From the NCBI GenBank assembly GCA_051878775.1, contig JBJEKT010000223.1, positions 1,520 through 65,519 of the forward strand: a stretch of DNA of 64,000 nt. The letters run 5' to 3'. How positions within the stretch are numbered: the stretch's first letter is position 1; each line of letters opens with the position of its first letter. The notes below the pieces were generated by a model, which did not search any database, was not told the DNA's origin, and worked only from the letters and a program-made list of their open reading frames with translations. Below are positions 31,875 through 42,369 of the stretch, one piece after another. The position numbers and the translations under genes were made by a program. The DNA comes from Bacteroides sp. (lineage in GTDB: Bacteria; Bacteroidota; Bacteroidia; Bacteroidales; Bacteroidaceae).

Positions 31875-33185
31875 TTAGTGGTCGGCTTTAAACTGCTTCA
31901 TCCGTTCTTCCAACACGGGATAGAGTTCCTCCCTCATGCGTGAGGTACAGGCTCTGACACCTTGCTGCTTGGAGCCAGTGGTGTCCAGATTGATGCTTGA
32001 TACGCCGTAGCCTATCAGCTCTCTTACCAGCTCAGAACCGCTCAGCCCCGGGTAGGATAGGGAGAAGAAGAAGCCGTCGCCGATAGGTTCGCTGACATCG
32101 TGCGGATAGGTGATACAGAAGCCGTTGTCGCAAAAGATTTTCTTCATCTTCTCTGCCCGGATAGCATATTCGCGCGTATCCTCAACAAAGTTGATTTTCC
32201 CCTCACAACTGAGCCGCAGCATGTGGGCATAACCCATTTGCGTGGTGGCAGTGCAGCCAGAGGTAATCATGTACTGGATGCTGGCAATGAAGGTGGGACC
32301 GAAGACCCCTTCGTCGTGATAGCGCTCCACGAAGGCGGGGAACTGGCGGTCAAAGAGTCGGTCAGAGATGCAGACCAGGGCCATGCGTTGGCCGGCATAG
32401 GAGAAAATCTTGGAGGAGGAGAGCATCAGCAGGTAGTTGTCCGTATAGCGGGCCACGGTGCGTACGTAGGGTGGTTGGTAAGGGTGGCTCAGGTCGCGGC
32501 GGCTGTCCATGGCGAAGTAGGCCAGGTCTTCCATCACAATCACGTCGTATTGCGTGGCCAGTTCACCGATGATCTGCAGCTCCTCCTCTTCCAGGGAGAT
32601 CCAGGCCGGATTGTTGGGGTTGCTGTAGATGATGGCGGCTATGTCGCCTTGGTTCAGTTCCTCGACCAGCTTGGCCCTTAAGGCCTCGCCTCGGTAAGGA
32701 TAGATGTCAAACTCTCTCCACTCGATGCCCAGTACGCGGAGTTGTGATTTCTGAATGGGGAAACCAGGATCGATGAACAGTACCTTGCCCATCTGCGGAA
32801 AGCTCTTGCGCTGGCAGCAGGCAATGAAACCGCCGAATGACCCCGCTACGCTACCTACCGTAGGGATGCAGGCACGGGGAGAGATGTCTATATTGATAAA
32901 CGCCTTGACGAACTGGCTGGCAGCCTCCTTCAGCTCACCGATACCGGCAGCTGGAGGGTACTGCGCACCGATGCCGGCATCCAGAGCCCGCTTTTCGGCC
33001 TCGATGCCATGCCGGTTGGCTGGCAGCCCGGGTGATCCCTGGTCCATGCGGATAAAGGGAATGCCCGTCTTTTGTTCCAGGTATTGTGCCACCAGGAGGG
33101 TCTCACCGATGGTGGCGTGTGAGAGGTCGGCCACGTGGTTTACACGGGCCGCCTCTTCCACTAATGCATCACTGAATATTTTCAT
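31875..33185 (-). CDS. PLP-dependent class I/II aminotransferase
   Basis: SNPNNP, EDLAY, SSSKIFSYAGQR. Confidence 0.88.
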   Translation of the reverse strand: MKIFSDALVEEAARVNHVADLSHATIGETLLVAQYLEQKTGIPFIRMDQGSPGLPANRHGIEAEKRALDAGIGAQYPPAAGIGELKEAASQFVKAFINIDISPRACIPTVGSVAGSFGGFIACCQRKSFPQMGKVLFIDPGFPIQKSQLRVLGIEWREFDIYPYRGEALRAKLVEELNQGDIAAIIYSNPNNPAWISLEEEELQIIGELATQYDVIVMEDLAYFAMDSRRDLSHPYQPPYVRTVARYTDNYLLMLSSSKIFSYAGQRMALVCISDRLFDRQFPAFVERYHDEGVFGPTFIASIQYMITSGCTATTQMGYAHMLRLSCEGKINFVEDTREYAIRAEKMKKIFCDNGFCITYPHDVSEPIGDGFFFSLSYPGLSGSELVRELIGYGVSSINLDTTGSKQQGVRACTSRMREELYPVLEERMKQFKADH

Positions 33186-33234
33186 TTCTTTCGTTAAGTG
33201 ATTAGTGATTAGTGATGTGGTTCCTGCTCATCAC

Positions 33235-34548
33235 TCATTTCCAGTTGATGAGGTGTGTACGTTTGTCGTTCACGTGTTTGGCCTTGCCATTGGAGCGCTC
33301 GATAGTGCCCGGAGGCAGGATGTGGATGTTTGGCTTGATGCCACAGACGCTGACCAGACGGTCGTAGAGCGGCTTGATGAAAGGCATCTGCTTGGCAGGG
33401 TTGGGTGAGAAGTACTCTTCACGCAGCTCCACGTCGAGGTCGAAGGTATCTTCGTTGTCCCGGCGGTCCACGGTGATGAAATATTGCGGGGTATAGACTG
33501 TGAATTCAGAGAGCACTGATTCGATTTGCGACGGGAATACGTTGACGCCGCGAATGATGAGCATATCGTCTGAGCGGCCCAGTATTTTGCCGATACGCAC
33601 TGCCGTGCGACCGCATTTGCAAGGCTCGTAGATGAGGTGTGTCAGGTCACGCGTGCGGTAGCGCAGGATAGGCATGGCCTCTTTGGTGAGGGAGGTGAAG
33701 ACCAGTTCGCCCTCTTCACCTGGAGCTACAGGCTGCAGGGTCTCGGGGTTGATGATTTCGGGGTAGAACATATCCTCCCAGATGTGTGTGCCGTCCTGGT
33801 ATTCACATTCGCCGCCTACGCCAGGTCCCGACATTTCTGTCAGTCCATAGATGTCGATAGCCTTGATGCCCATCTTCTCCTCCAGTTCGCGGCGGATGCC
33901 CCAGGTCCAGGGCTCTGCTCCGAAGAATCCTACGCGTAGCTTCAGGTCCTCTTTGGTGATGTCCATCTTGGCCATGACCTCCGTCAGATGGAGTGCATAC
34001 GAGGGGGTGCAGCAGAGGGCCGTGGTGCCAAAGTCCTTCATCAGCATCACCTGTTTCTCTGAGTTGCCTGACGAGGTAGGCAGCTGTACAGCGCCCAGCA
34101 GTCCGGCTCCATCGTGAGCGCCCAGACCACCTGTAAAGAGTCCGTAACCATACGACACCTGAACCACGTCGCCTGGGCCTATATCTCCCACAGCCATCAC
34201 GCGGGCCACACCTTCGGCCCAGTTCTCGATGTCTTTGCTGGTGTAGGTGCCTACCACCGGCTTGCCCGTGGTACCTGATGAGGCATGAATGCGTACTATC
34301 TGCTCCATAGGCACTGCATTGAGACCGAAGGGATATTCGTCACGCAGGTCATATTTGGTGGTGAAAGGGAGTTTCGTAATGTCGTCGAGCGTTTGGATAT
34401 CCTCCGGCTTCAGGCCCATTTCATCGAATTTCTTCCGGTAGAAAGGTACCTTCTCGTAGCAGGTTTTTACGGTATTTTTCAGTCGCTCAGTCTGAAGCTT
34501 GCGCATCTCTTCGCGCGACATGCATTCAATGGCTGGATTGTGTATCAT
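33235..34548 (-). CDS. paaK: Phenylacetate-CoA ligase
   Basis: HASSGTTGKP, YGYGLFTGGLG, YGLTE, LRYRTRD, GRSDDMLIIRGVNVFPSQIE. Confidence 0.92.
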   Translation of the reverse strand: MIHNPAIECMSREEMRKLQTERLKNTVKTCYEKVPFYRKKFDEMGLKPEDIQTLDDITKLPFTTKYDLRDEYPFGLNAVPMEQIVRIHASSGTTGKPVVGTYTSKDIENWAEGVARVMAVGDIGPGDVVQVSYGYGLFTGGLGAHDGAGLLGAVQLPTSSGNSEKQVMLMKDFGTTALCCTPSYALHLTEVMAKMDITKEDLKLRVGFFGAEPWTWGIRRELEEKMGIKAIDIYGLTEMSGPGVGGECEYQDGTHIWEDMFYPEIINPETLQPVAPGEEGELVFTSLTKEAMPILRYRTRDLTHLIYEPCKCGRTAVRIGKILGRSDDMLIIRGVNVFPSQIESVLSEFTVYTPQYFITVDRRDNEDTFDLDVELREEYFSPNPAKQMPFIKPLYDRLVSVCGIKPNIHILPPGTIERSNGKAKHVNDKRTHLINWK

Positions 34549-34608
34549 GATAGTAATTATATAAATTTATGTAATGATTTATTTGTCATATAGATATTGA
34601 TTGGTTTA

Positions 34609-35007
34609 TCACACGAGGGGTTTGTTCAGTCGGTATCCCAGGCCGGTCATCACAGCCAGGATTGTACCGTCGGCTTTACGCACACGTACCTCGCAATAGG
34701 GCAGCCGGTGATGGTCCACCACCTCATGACATTCCGCTATCAGTCGGTCGCCCAACTGGGCCGACTGGATGAAGGTGATGGTGTTACTGATGCCCAGTGT
34801 AAGCATGCCCCTGCCATTGGCCACGGCGGCAAATGCCAGGTCGGCCAGGGTGTAGAACACGCCTCCCTGGCATACTCCCGCTCCATTCAGGTGACGGCTT
34901 TCCACCGTCAGTTCAGCCTGAGCAAATCCATCGCTCACTTCGGTCAGCTGAGCCCCGATGCTTTGGGCGAAGCGGTCTTCGTTATTCAATTTTTCCTTGA
35001 TGTCCAT
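34609..35007 (-). CDS. PaaI-family thioesterase
   Basis: HLNGAGVCQGGVFYTLAD hot-dog-fold motif. Confidence 0.88.
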   Translation of the reverse strand: MDIKEKLNNEDRFAQSIGAQLTEVSDGFAQAELTVESRHLNGAGVCQGGVFYTLADLAFAAVANGRGMLTLGISNTITFIQSAQLGDRLIAECHEVVDHHRLPYCEVRVRKADGTILAVMTGLGYRLNKPLV

Positions 35008-35566
35008 ATCCTTCTTCAAATGCTTTTAAGTTGGCTTCTACTACGGCTTCTCCCTTGCGGGCAAAGATAGTGGCTATGGCCTGGCGCAGCTGCTCGGGGG
35101 CAAGAATCTCCAGGTAGCGTGCCGCCATGCCCAGCAGCACCACGTTGGCACCTCGGGGATTGCCCGCCTCACGGGCCACCTGCTCAATATCCAGTTGCAC
35201 CACCCGGGGTAAGGAGTTCAGTTCAGCTTGGAGCGCCTCCTGGTCGGGATAGTTGGGGATGTTGACAAAGGGCTTGCTGCTGGTCACGACCACTCCCTCA
35301 CGGCTCAGGTAGGGAAGGTAGCGCAAGGCCTCCATAGGTTCCATGGAGATAATCAGGTCGCAGCTTCCCAGGGGGATGAGGTCGCTGTAGATGGTTTCTG
35401 TGGAGAGGCGCAGGTTGGATTGTACATCGCCACCGCGTTGCGACATGCCGTGTACTTCTGCCTGTTTCAGCTCGAGGCCAGCCAGGGTGGCCGCCTCACT
35501 GATGATGGTGGCTATTGAGAGGATGCCCTGGCCACCCACGCCACATAGTATGATATCTTTTTTCAT
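34982..35566 (-). CDS. iorB: Indolepyruvate:ferredoxin oxidoreductase beta subunit
   Basis: GVGGQG, EVHGMSQRGGDV, NVVLLG. Confidence 0.92.
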   Translation of the reverse strand: MKKDIILCGVGGQGILSIATIISEAATLAGLELKQAEVHGMSQRGGDVQSNLRLSTETIYSDLIPLGSCDLIISMEPMEALRYLPYLSREGVVVTSSKPFVNIPNYPDQEALQAELNSLPRVVQLDIEQVAREAGNPRGANVVLLGMAARYLEILAPEQLRQAIATIFARKGEAVVEANLKAFEEGYGHQGKIE

Positions 35567-35588
35567 GATGTTTTCCTCCTCATCTGTT

Positions 35589-37184
35589 TTACGCTTTGTG
35601 TTGTTTGGCTTCACGAGCATGACGGGCTGCCGTCTGGATGCATTCGCGCCGGGGGATGATGACGCTTACTCCTTCGTAGGCTATCTCCTCCTTGAGTAAC
35701 TGGGCTATGGCCGGGATATGCTTGGGCAGCGGTGTCACCACGTGGAGGTGAGCCGGGTCCATGCCCAGTCCCAGGCAGATGGCCTCGTATTTGTTCAGCC
35801 CGGCACTCTCCTGACCTCCTGTCATTCCTGTGGTGAGGTTGTCGCTGATGATTACCGTGATGGGCGCATTTTCATTGATGGCATCCAGCAGGCCGGTCAT
35901 GCCGCTGTGCGTGAAGGTTGAGTCGCCAATCACGGCGATGGCGGGGCGCAGTCCGGCATCGGCTGCCCCTTTGGCCATGGTGATGGAGGCTCCCATATCC
36001 ACACAGCTGGAGAGCGCCTTGAAGGGTGGGAGAGCTCCCAGGGTATAGCAACCGATGTCGCCGAAGACGCGTGCGTCGGGGTAGGCATTGATGATCTCCA
36101 CCAGGGCGCCATAGACATCGCGGTGTCCGCATCCCTGGCACAGCTGAGGCGGACGCGCTGCCAGCAGCTTGGCCGGTTCATACACCTGTGCCGAATGTCT
36201 TCCCAGGGCGGCAGCCACATGGTCAGGATTGAGCTCTCCCGTACGTGGCAGTGCTCCCGTGAGCCGTCCCTCCACACGGTAGCCCGCACCCAGTAGTCGC
36301 TTTATCTCTTGCTCGACCACCGGCTGTCCGTCTTCCACCACGAGGATGGCATCATGTTCGGCAGCCAGGGCGCGAATGGCATCCACGGGCAGCGGGTAGT
36401 GGCTTACCTTCAGCAGGTCGGTTTCCTCACCCCCTACCTCTTTAATATAGTTATAGCCTATGCCGCAGGCTATGACGCCTCGGCTTTCGTTTTTGGGGTT
36501 GGGCTCCCTGCGGTTGAAGGGAGAGGCTGCGGCCTCCTGCTCCATGAGGGGTTGCTTCTCAATCAGGGCCGCATACTTCTTGCGGGCAATGCCTGGCAGC
36601 AGCACCCACTGGTCGGTGGAGGGATTCATCTGGTTCGTTTCGCGCGGTTGCTCTGCAGTCTCTACGGCTGCACGGCTGTGAGCCAGGCGCGTGACGATGC
36701 GCAGCAGTACCGGCTCCTTGAGTCGTTCGCTCAGGTCGAAGGCAAACCCCATCATGTCGTAGGCCTCTTGCTGATTGGAGGGTTCCAGTATGGGTATCAG
36801 CGCAAACTGTCCGTAGAATCGGCTGTCCTGTTCATTCTGGCTGGAGTGCATGGAGGGGTCGTCCGCCGCCACCACCACCAGTCCGCCGTTCACGCCGGTA
36901 ATGGCGCTGTTTACGAAGGCGTCGGCACACACATTCATGCCTACATGCTTCATGCAGACCATGGCTCTTTTGCCGGCATACGACATGCCGAGGGCTGCTT
37001 CCATGGCGGTCTTTTCGTTGGTACACCACCGGGCATGCACTTTTCGTTCGCGGGCCAGTGGAGCCTGTTGGATATATTCAGTTATTTCCGTTGAAGGGGT
37101 TCCTGGGTAAGCGTACACGCCGGAAAGTCCCGCATGCAGCGCTCCCAATGCCACCGCCTCATCTCCCAATAAAAGTTGTTTCAT
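35589..37184 (-). CDS. iorA: Indolepyruvate:ferredoxin oxidoreductase alpha subunit
   Basis: YPGTPSTE, MKHVG, SSQNEQD, CQGCGH, GDIGC, GDSTF. Confidence 0.93.
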   Translation of the reverse strand: MKQLLLGDEAVALGALHAGLSGVYAYPGTPSTEITEYIQQAPLARERKVHARWCTNEKTAMEAALGMSYAGKRAMVCMKHVGMNVCADAFVNSAITGVNGGLVVVAADDPSMHSSQNEQDSRFYGQFALIPILEPSNQQEAYDMMGFAFDLSERLKEPVLLRIVTRLAHSRAAVETAEQPRETNQMNPSTDQWVLLPGIARKKYAALIEKQPLMEQEAAASPFNRREPNPKNESRGVIACGIGYNYIKEVGGEETDLLKVSHYPLPVDAIRALAAEHDAILVVEDGQPVVEQEIKRLLGAGYRVEGRLTGALPRTGELNPDHVAAALGRHSAQVYEPAKLLAARPPQLCQGCGHRDVYGALVEIINAYPDARVFGDIGCYTLGALPPFKALSSCVDMGASITMAKGAADAGLRPAIAVIGDSTFTHSGMTGLLDAINENAPITVIISDNLTTGMTGGQESAGLNKYEAICLGLGMDPAHLHVVTPLPKHIPAIAQLLKEEIAYEGVSVIIPRRECIQTAARHAREAKQHKA

Positions 37185-37304
37185 GATATTTGGAAAAATA
37201 AGTCAATAAATAAACCTTTTTGCTTTCAAAATGTAAAGGTACAAACCTTATCTTGAAAACAAAAAGGTTTTTAGATTTATTAAGTAATTTCTTCGGTTAT
37301 AGCT

Positions 37305-38384
37305 TTAGTTTGGGTCCGTGAGTTGCTCAATGAGGGGCTGCAGGAGGTCAGCATACCGCATGAAGCCCAGGTCGGTGAAGTGGATGCCATCCACACAGGC
37401 TTCGTCGTCAGTACCAATCATCTGTTCCGAGGTGAGGAGGTGGATGTTGCGGTCACCCTGCTGCTTCAGTTGCTCATGGATTTCATGGATTTTGGCGTTC
37501 TTGCTCCGTATCTCTTCGGCCATCTTCTGGTCGAGCCAGCTGTGGGTGAATCGTGGGTCCTCCACCAGCAGGATGGGTGCATCGGGGTGGGCAGCACGTA
37601 CCTTGCCGATGAACTTCACGGCTCGTTCGTCCATCTGTTGCACCGAGGCATTGGGCAGGAAGTCGAGGATGTACATGGCCGCATCCACCGAGGCGATGAG
37701 GTCGGCTATCTCCATGTCGAGCAGTGCGTTGCCGCTGAATCCCTTGTTGATGCACTCGCGCTGTAGTCGGCGCTCCAGGATGTTGGTGTACGCCATGCCC
37801 GGGCGTGTGGCGCAGCCGCCTTGCAGGATGCTGGAGCCATAGAAGAGAATGGGTCTCTTGCGGTGGGGCAGGGCCACCTGCGGTTGCTCAATGCGGGCGA
37901 GTGAATCCACGCCAATCTCCAGCGAGATGGGACCATCATAGAGGGGCAGGTAGAGGAGATACTCTCGCATCTCGGGGGTCATGTTGCGCACGATGGTGGC
38001 GGTGGAGAGCTTGTCGTAAGGACGGCCGCTACCGGCAAAGCGCCAACGTTCGCCATCCAGACAGTAGAGGTCGAGACCGCAGATGCCTGTAGGCGTCATG
38101 TGGTTCATGCGGAAGTTGTTGCGCGTCTCCCAGCGTGCCGTGATCTGGGTAGAGTTGCTGCGGAAGCGGATGGCCAGTCCGGCGCTGTTGCGTCCCAGGT
38201 ACCAGAGCTTCTCACGCGACACTGTCTGGCAGGAGTCGGGCAGTCGTTCATAGCGCGTCAGCGTCTGCTGTGTGGCTTTACCGAGCAGTGGAAATTCCAT
38301 CGCATCCACGAAGCGAGTTTGGGCCTGTAGCCCCAAGGCAGCAAGGCAGAAGGTTGCTGCCAACAGTAGATTCTTGTTTTTCAT
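37305..38384 (-). CDS. SGNH/GDSL esterase with N-terminal GxDLY domain, secreted
   Basis: GLDLY, YGSSI, GFSGN, DGIH. Confidence 0.88.
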   Translation of the reverse strand: MKNKNLLLAATFCLAALGLQAQTRFVDAMEFPLLGKATQQTLTRYERLPDSCQTVSREKLWYLGRNSAGLAIRFRSNSTQITARWETRNNFRMNHMTPTGICGLDLYCLDGERWRFAGSGRPYDKLSTATIVRNMTPEMREYLLYLPLYDGPISLEIGVDSLARIEQPQVALPHRKRPILFYGSSILQGGCATRPGMAYTNILERRLQRECINKGFSGNALLDMEIADLIASVDAAMYILDFLPNASVQQMDERAVKFIGKVRAAHPDAPILLVEDPRFTHSWLDQKMAEEIRSKNAKIHEIHEQLKQQGDRNIHLLTSEQMIGTDDEACVDGIHFTDLGFMRYADLLQPLIEQLTDPN

Positions 38385-38615
38385 TGAATGATTCTTTATG
38401 TAAATTAGAAGTAAGTGTCTCTAGATAGATTATCGAAAATCGTTGTACCTGCATAGCACTCAATTCATGGTGACAAACAATAATCATTCTGATTACAGGG
38501 GGCAAAATTACAGAATTATTTTGTATGGACGATGATTTCTGCAACATTTTTATCAGGAGAAAGTGTGGAACGTCTGCGTCGCCTGTCACCGCACGGGGAG
38601 AGGTTTATTCCACGT

Positions 38616-38703
38616 CGCCGAAGAGTTAAACTTCCAGCGCCGAACAGTTAAACATTCACGGCTGAACAATTAAACTTCCAGCGCCGAGGAGTTAACTGTT
38701 CAA
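38616..38703. repeat. Four degenerate 22-bp tandem repeats (CGCCGAAnAGTTAAACTTCCAG)
   Basis: Units start at 38616, 38638, 38660 and 38682. Confidence 0.75.
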
Positions 38704-38734
38704 GAAGTGATGATTTTTTCAGCTCAGATACCAT

Positions 38735-38941
38735 AGTTCTGCCGGAACTTATATCCCTTTGATACCGTATCTTGCGATATTTCTACATCTTTTTTATCAG
38801 TTTTTGCTATTTTAGAAACAGAAAAAACATGCTTTAGAACATATATTAAACAAAAATTTTCCTATCTGTGTGATAAATTAAAAAAATATGCTTATGTTTG
38901 CAGCGACAATAGGTGAAAGGGATATAAGTTCCGGCAGAACT
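38735..38941. promoter_or_regulatory. Candidate invertible promoter: perfect 26-bp inverted repeats enclosing the susC -7 box
   Basis: AGTTCTGCCGGAACTTATATCCCTTT (38735-38760) is the reverse complement of 38916-38941; TATGTTTG at 38893-38900 faces susC. Confidence 0.7.
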
Positions 38942-38986
38942 TATGTCGTTTTCCTCAGTTAACTGTATTAATTATTAATTTAAACT

Positions 38987-41900
38987 ATGGTAAAACGATT
39001 CAAATCGGTTAGTATGTTGCTTATCCTGTTGGCTGCGTCAACGGGAGCAACGAATGCCCTGGAGAGTAACGCACCATTGGACGTGCGGGTCGTACAGCAA
39101 AGCGGGACTTGTTCCGGCGTGGTAAAGGATGCTACTGGAGAGACTGTCATCGGTGCATCGGTAGTGGTCAAAGGTACTACCAATGGTACGATTACTGGAC
39201 TTGATGGTGACTTTACTCTGAGTAATGTAAAGAAGGGCGATGTGATTCAAGTATCATTTGTGGGTTATACCACGCAGGAAGTGACGTGGAACGGTCAACC
39301 ACTCAACATCACCTTGAAGGAAGACACCAAACTCCTGGATGAAGTGGTCATCACGGCTTATGGTGGTAAGCAGCTCCGTTCGAAGGTGACCAACTCAATT
39401 GCCAAGGTGGATAAGGAGACCATTGCCTCGGGTGTGCATGCCAACCCGGCACAGGCTCTTTCTGGTGCTGTAGCCGGTCTGCAGGTACGTCAGACCAGTG
39501 GTGACCGGGTGCAACGCCTACCTTGATTCTGCGTGGTGGTACCAGCCTGGACGGTTCGGGTTCGCCCCTCGTTATCATCGACGGTGCACAGCGCTCGATG
39601 AGTGACATCAACCCTTCAGACATTGAGTCCATCGAGGTGATGAAGGATGCCGGTGCTACAGCCATCTATGGTGCACGTGCAGCCAATGGTGTTATCCTGG
39701 TGACCACCAAGCGTGGTAAGGAGGGGACGACACAGATTGGTGTGAAGGCCAAGTTCGGTCTGAATTACTTCCAGAACAACTACGAGTTCCTTGGTGCTGA
39801 GGACTACATCTACTGGATGCGAAAAGCCTACCAGAACGCTTCTCAAACCTACAAGACTTCTACGGGTGACTGGGCAGGTTGGACGAACATGAGCAGTTTG
39901 TCGGGTGCTCAGCCTTACGGTACGGGTAACATCTACTTCAATGCAGATGGCACCGTGGCCGATGGTAACAAAGTGAATAACGCCAACTGGAGTGTTATGA
40001 AGTACACTGAAGACCTTGCTTTCTTGCTACAGCAGGGCTGGCGTACTATGATTGACCCCGTCTATGGTGACAAGCTTATCTTCAAGGAGTTCCACATGGA
40101 GGATGTGAACATCGAGAGCCCAGCCCTCACGCAGGACTATACCGTTGATTTCTCTGGTGGTAACGACAGAGGTAAGTACTACTCCAGCCTGGGTTACTAC
40201 AAATCAGATGGTAATGCTACGGGTAACTGGTACAAGCGCTTCACCTGGACTTTCAATGCGGACTATAAACTGAGAGAGTGGTTGACCTCTTCCTCTTCGC
40301 TTAACTATTCGCACAACACGTGGTACGGCATCGTGGGTGGCACTGATCCTGCCAACTACTTCAGCCGCGTCTTCTCCGTTCCGCCTACGTTCCGTGGCAC
40401 CAATGCCGATGGCGAATGGCTGATCGGTAACCGTGGTACGGGCGATGCCAACGTAAAGACCTATATGGATGCTCTGGAGCGCGACAACAATACCGACAAG
40501 TTCACCATGACACAAGCCTTTACCATCAATATCCTGAAGGGTCTGAGCTTGAAGCTGAGCGGTAGCTGGTACTATGAAGATACCAAGCAAGAGGCCTTCA
40601 ACCACGACTACATGACGGGTGTAAACAGATGGAATCGTGACCGTTATACTTCTGATTACTACAACCGTACGCTCAATCAGACGTACAACATCATCGCTAC
40701 TTACAATGGCTCCTACAAGAACCACAACCTGAATGCTATGGCTGGTTTCGAGTACTACGACCAGAATCAGAAAGGCTTCCAGGCTTATGGTTATGGTGCT
40801 CCCACCGATTCGTTCCAAGACTTGAACCTGACTGACCCTGAGCGTCGGTTCATGGACTCTTGGCACAGCCAGAACCGCATCATGTCGTTCTTCGGTAAGG
40901 TGGATTACGATTATGACAGCAAGTACCTGGTATCAGCTGTTCTCCGTCGTGATGGTTACTCCCGTCTGGCCAAGGATAACCGTTGGGGTTTCTTCCCCGG
41001 TATCTCTGCTGGTTGGGTGTTCGGTAAGGAAGAGTTCATGGAGCAGTTCAGGGATGTCATCTCCTTCTCGAAGGTTCGCTTCAGCTACGGTGCCAATGGT
41101 AACCTCGATACCAACTACATCGGCAACTATACCGTACAGGGTGCCTATAGCCCGCAGACCAAGTACAATGGTCAGGGTACGACACTGATGTCCACACTGC
41201 CCAACCCGAACCTGCGTTGGGAAAAGTCCTACACCTTTGAGGCCGGTCTAGACCTGGGCTTCTTCAATAACCGCTATACATTGAACATGACTTTCTATAA
41301 CCGTCGTACCAAGGATAAGCTGGCCAATATTACCCTGCCTTCGCATTCGGGTGTAAGCAGCATCCTGTCAAACAACGGTGAGGTACAGAACCAAGGTATC
41401 GAAATGGAAGTCACCACGCGCCTTATCGATCAGAAGGACTGGAAGTGGAACCTGAACTTCAACATCTCTTATAATAAGAATAAGGTCATCTCACTGCCTA
41501 ACAACGGTCTGCAAAACAACATGCAGAATGCCTTCCAAATCTATACCGGTAACGGTGACGAGAAAATCTGGGTAGGCGGCTATCAGGAAGGACAGGAGCC
41601 CGGTGCTATCTACGGTTTCCTCGCAGAGGGTATTTATAAGAGCTACGATGAGATTCCTGGCAACCTCAAGGATATCAGTAGCGGTAACAATGGCTCCAAC
41701 AACAAGCCGCTCTATGGCCCCGATGCCTGGGCAGCCCTGTCGGATGCAGAGAAGGCCAAGGGTCTCCCCATCCAACCGGGTGATGTGAAGTGGAAGGATG
41801 TCAACGGTGACGGTGTCATTGACAACTACGACTTGGTGAAGCTGGGTAGTGCCGTACCTCACTGGACGGGTGGTATCACGACCAATGTCTCCTGGAAGGG

Positions 41901-42348
41901 CCTGCGCCTTGATGCACGTTTCGACTATGCCCTGGGACACAAGATCTTCGATGGCAGAACACCGTGGATCATGGGTAACATGCAGGGTACATACAATACC
42001 ATTAAGGAAGTGTTTGACACCTGGACAGAGGATAATCCCGGAGCAAAGTATCCGAAGTACGTATGGGCTGACCAGCTGGGTAAGCGCAACTATGCCCGCA
42101 ATAACAACAGCCTCTTCGTAGATAACGCCAGCTACCTGGCCATCCGTGAGATCAGCTTGAGCTACAACCTTCCGAAGGTATGGGTGAAGCACCTCGCCAT
42201 GGAGAACGTGGTCCTCAACGTATCGGCCCAAAACCTAGGTTACATCACTGGTGCCAAGAAAGTGGCTTCGCCTGAATATGGATCAAACGGAATGGGTGGA
42301 TATCCCCTGCCGCGTACGCTGATTTTTGGTATTAACGTATCATTCTAA
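38987..42348 (+). pseudogene. SusC/RagA TonB-dependent receptor (NanO-like), split by a 1-nt frameshift at about 39505 (real or sequencing error)
   Basis: N-part LDEVVITAYG..QTSGD; C-part LRGGTS..PLVIIDG..KDAGATAIYGARAANGVILVTTK..INVSF; adding one C restores QTSGDPGATPTLILRG. Confidence 0.85.
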
Positions 42349-42369
42349 ACATCTAAAAACCATTTGAAC

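Noticed and set aside
34982-35019. Possible iorB-paaI fusion or frameshift
   Set aside because: Both ORFs look complete; a short overlap is normal operon packing.
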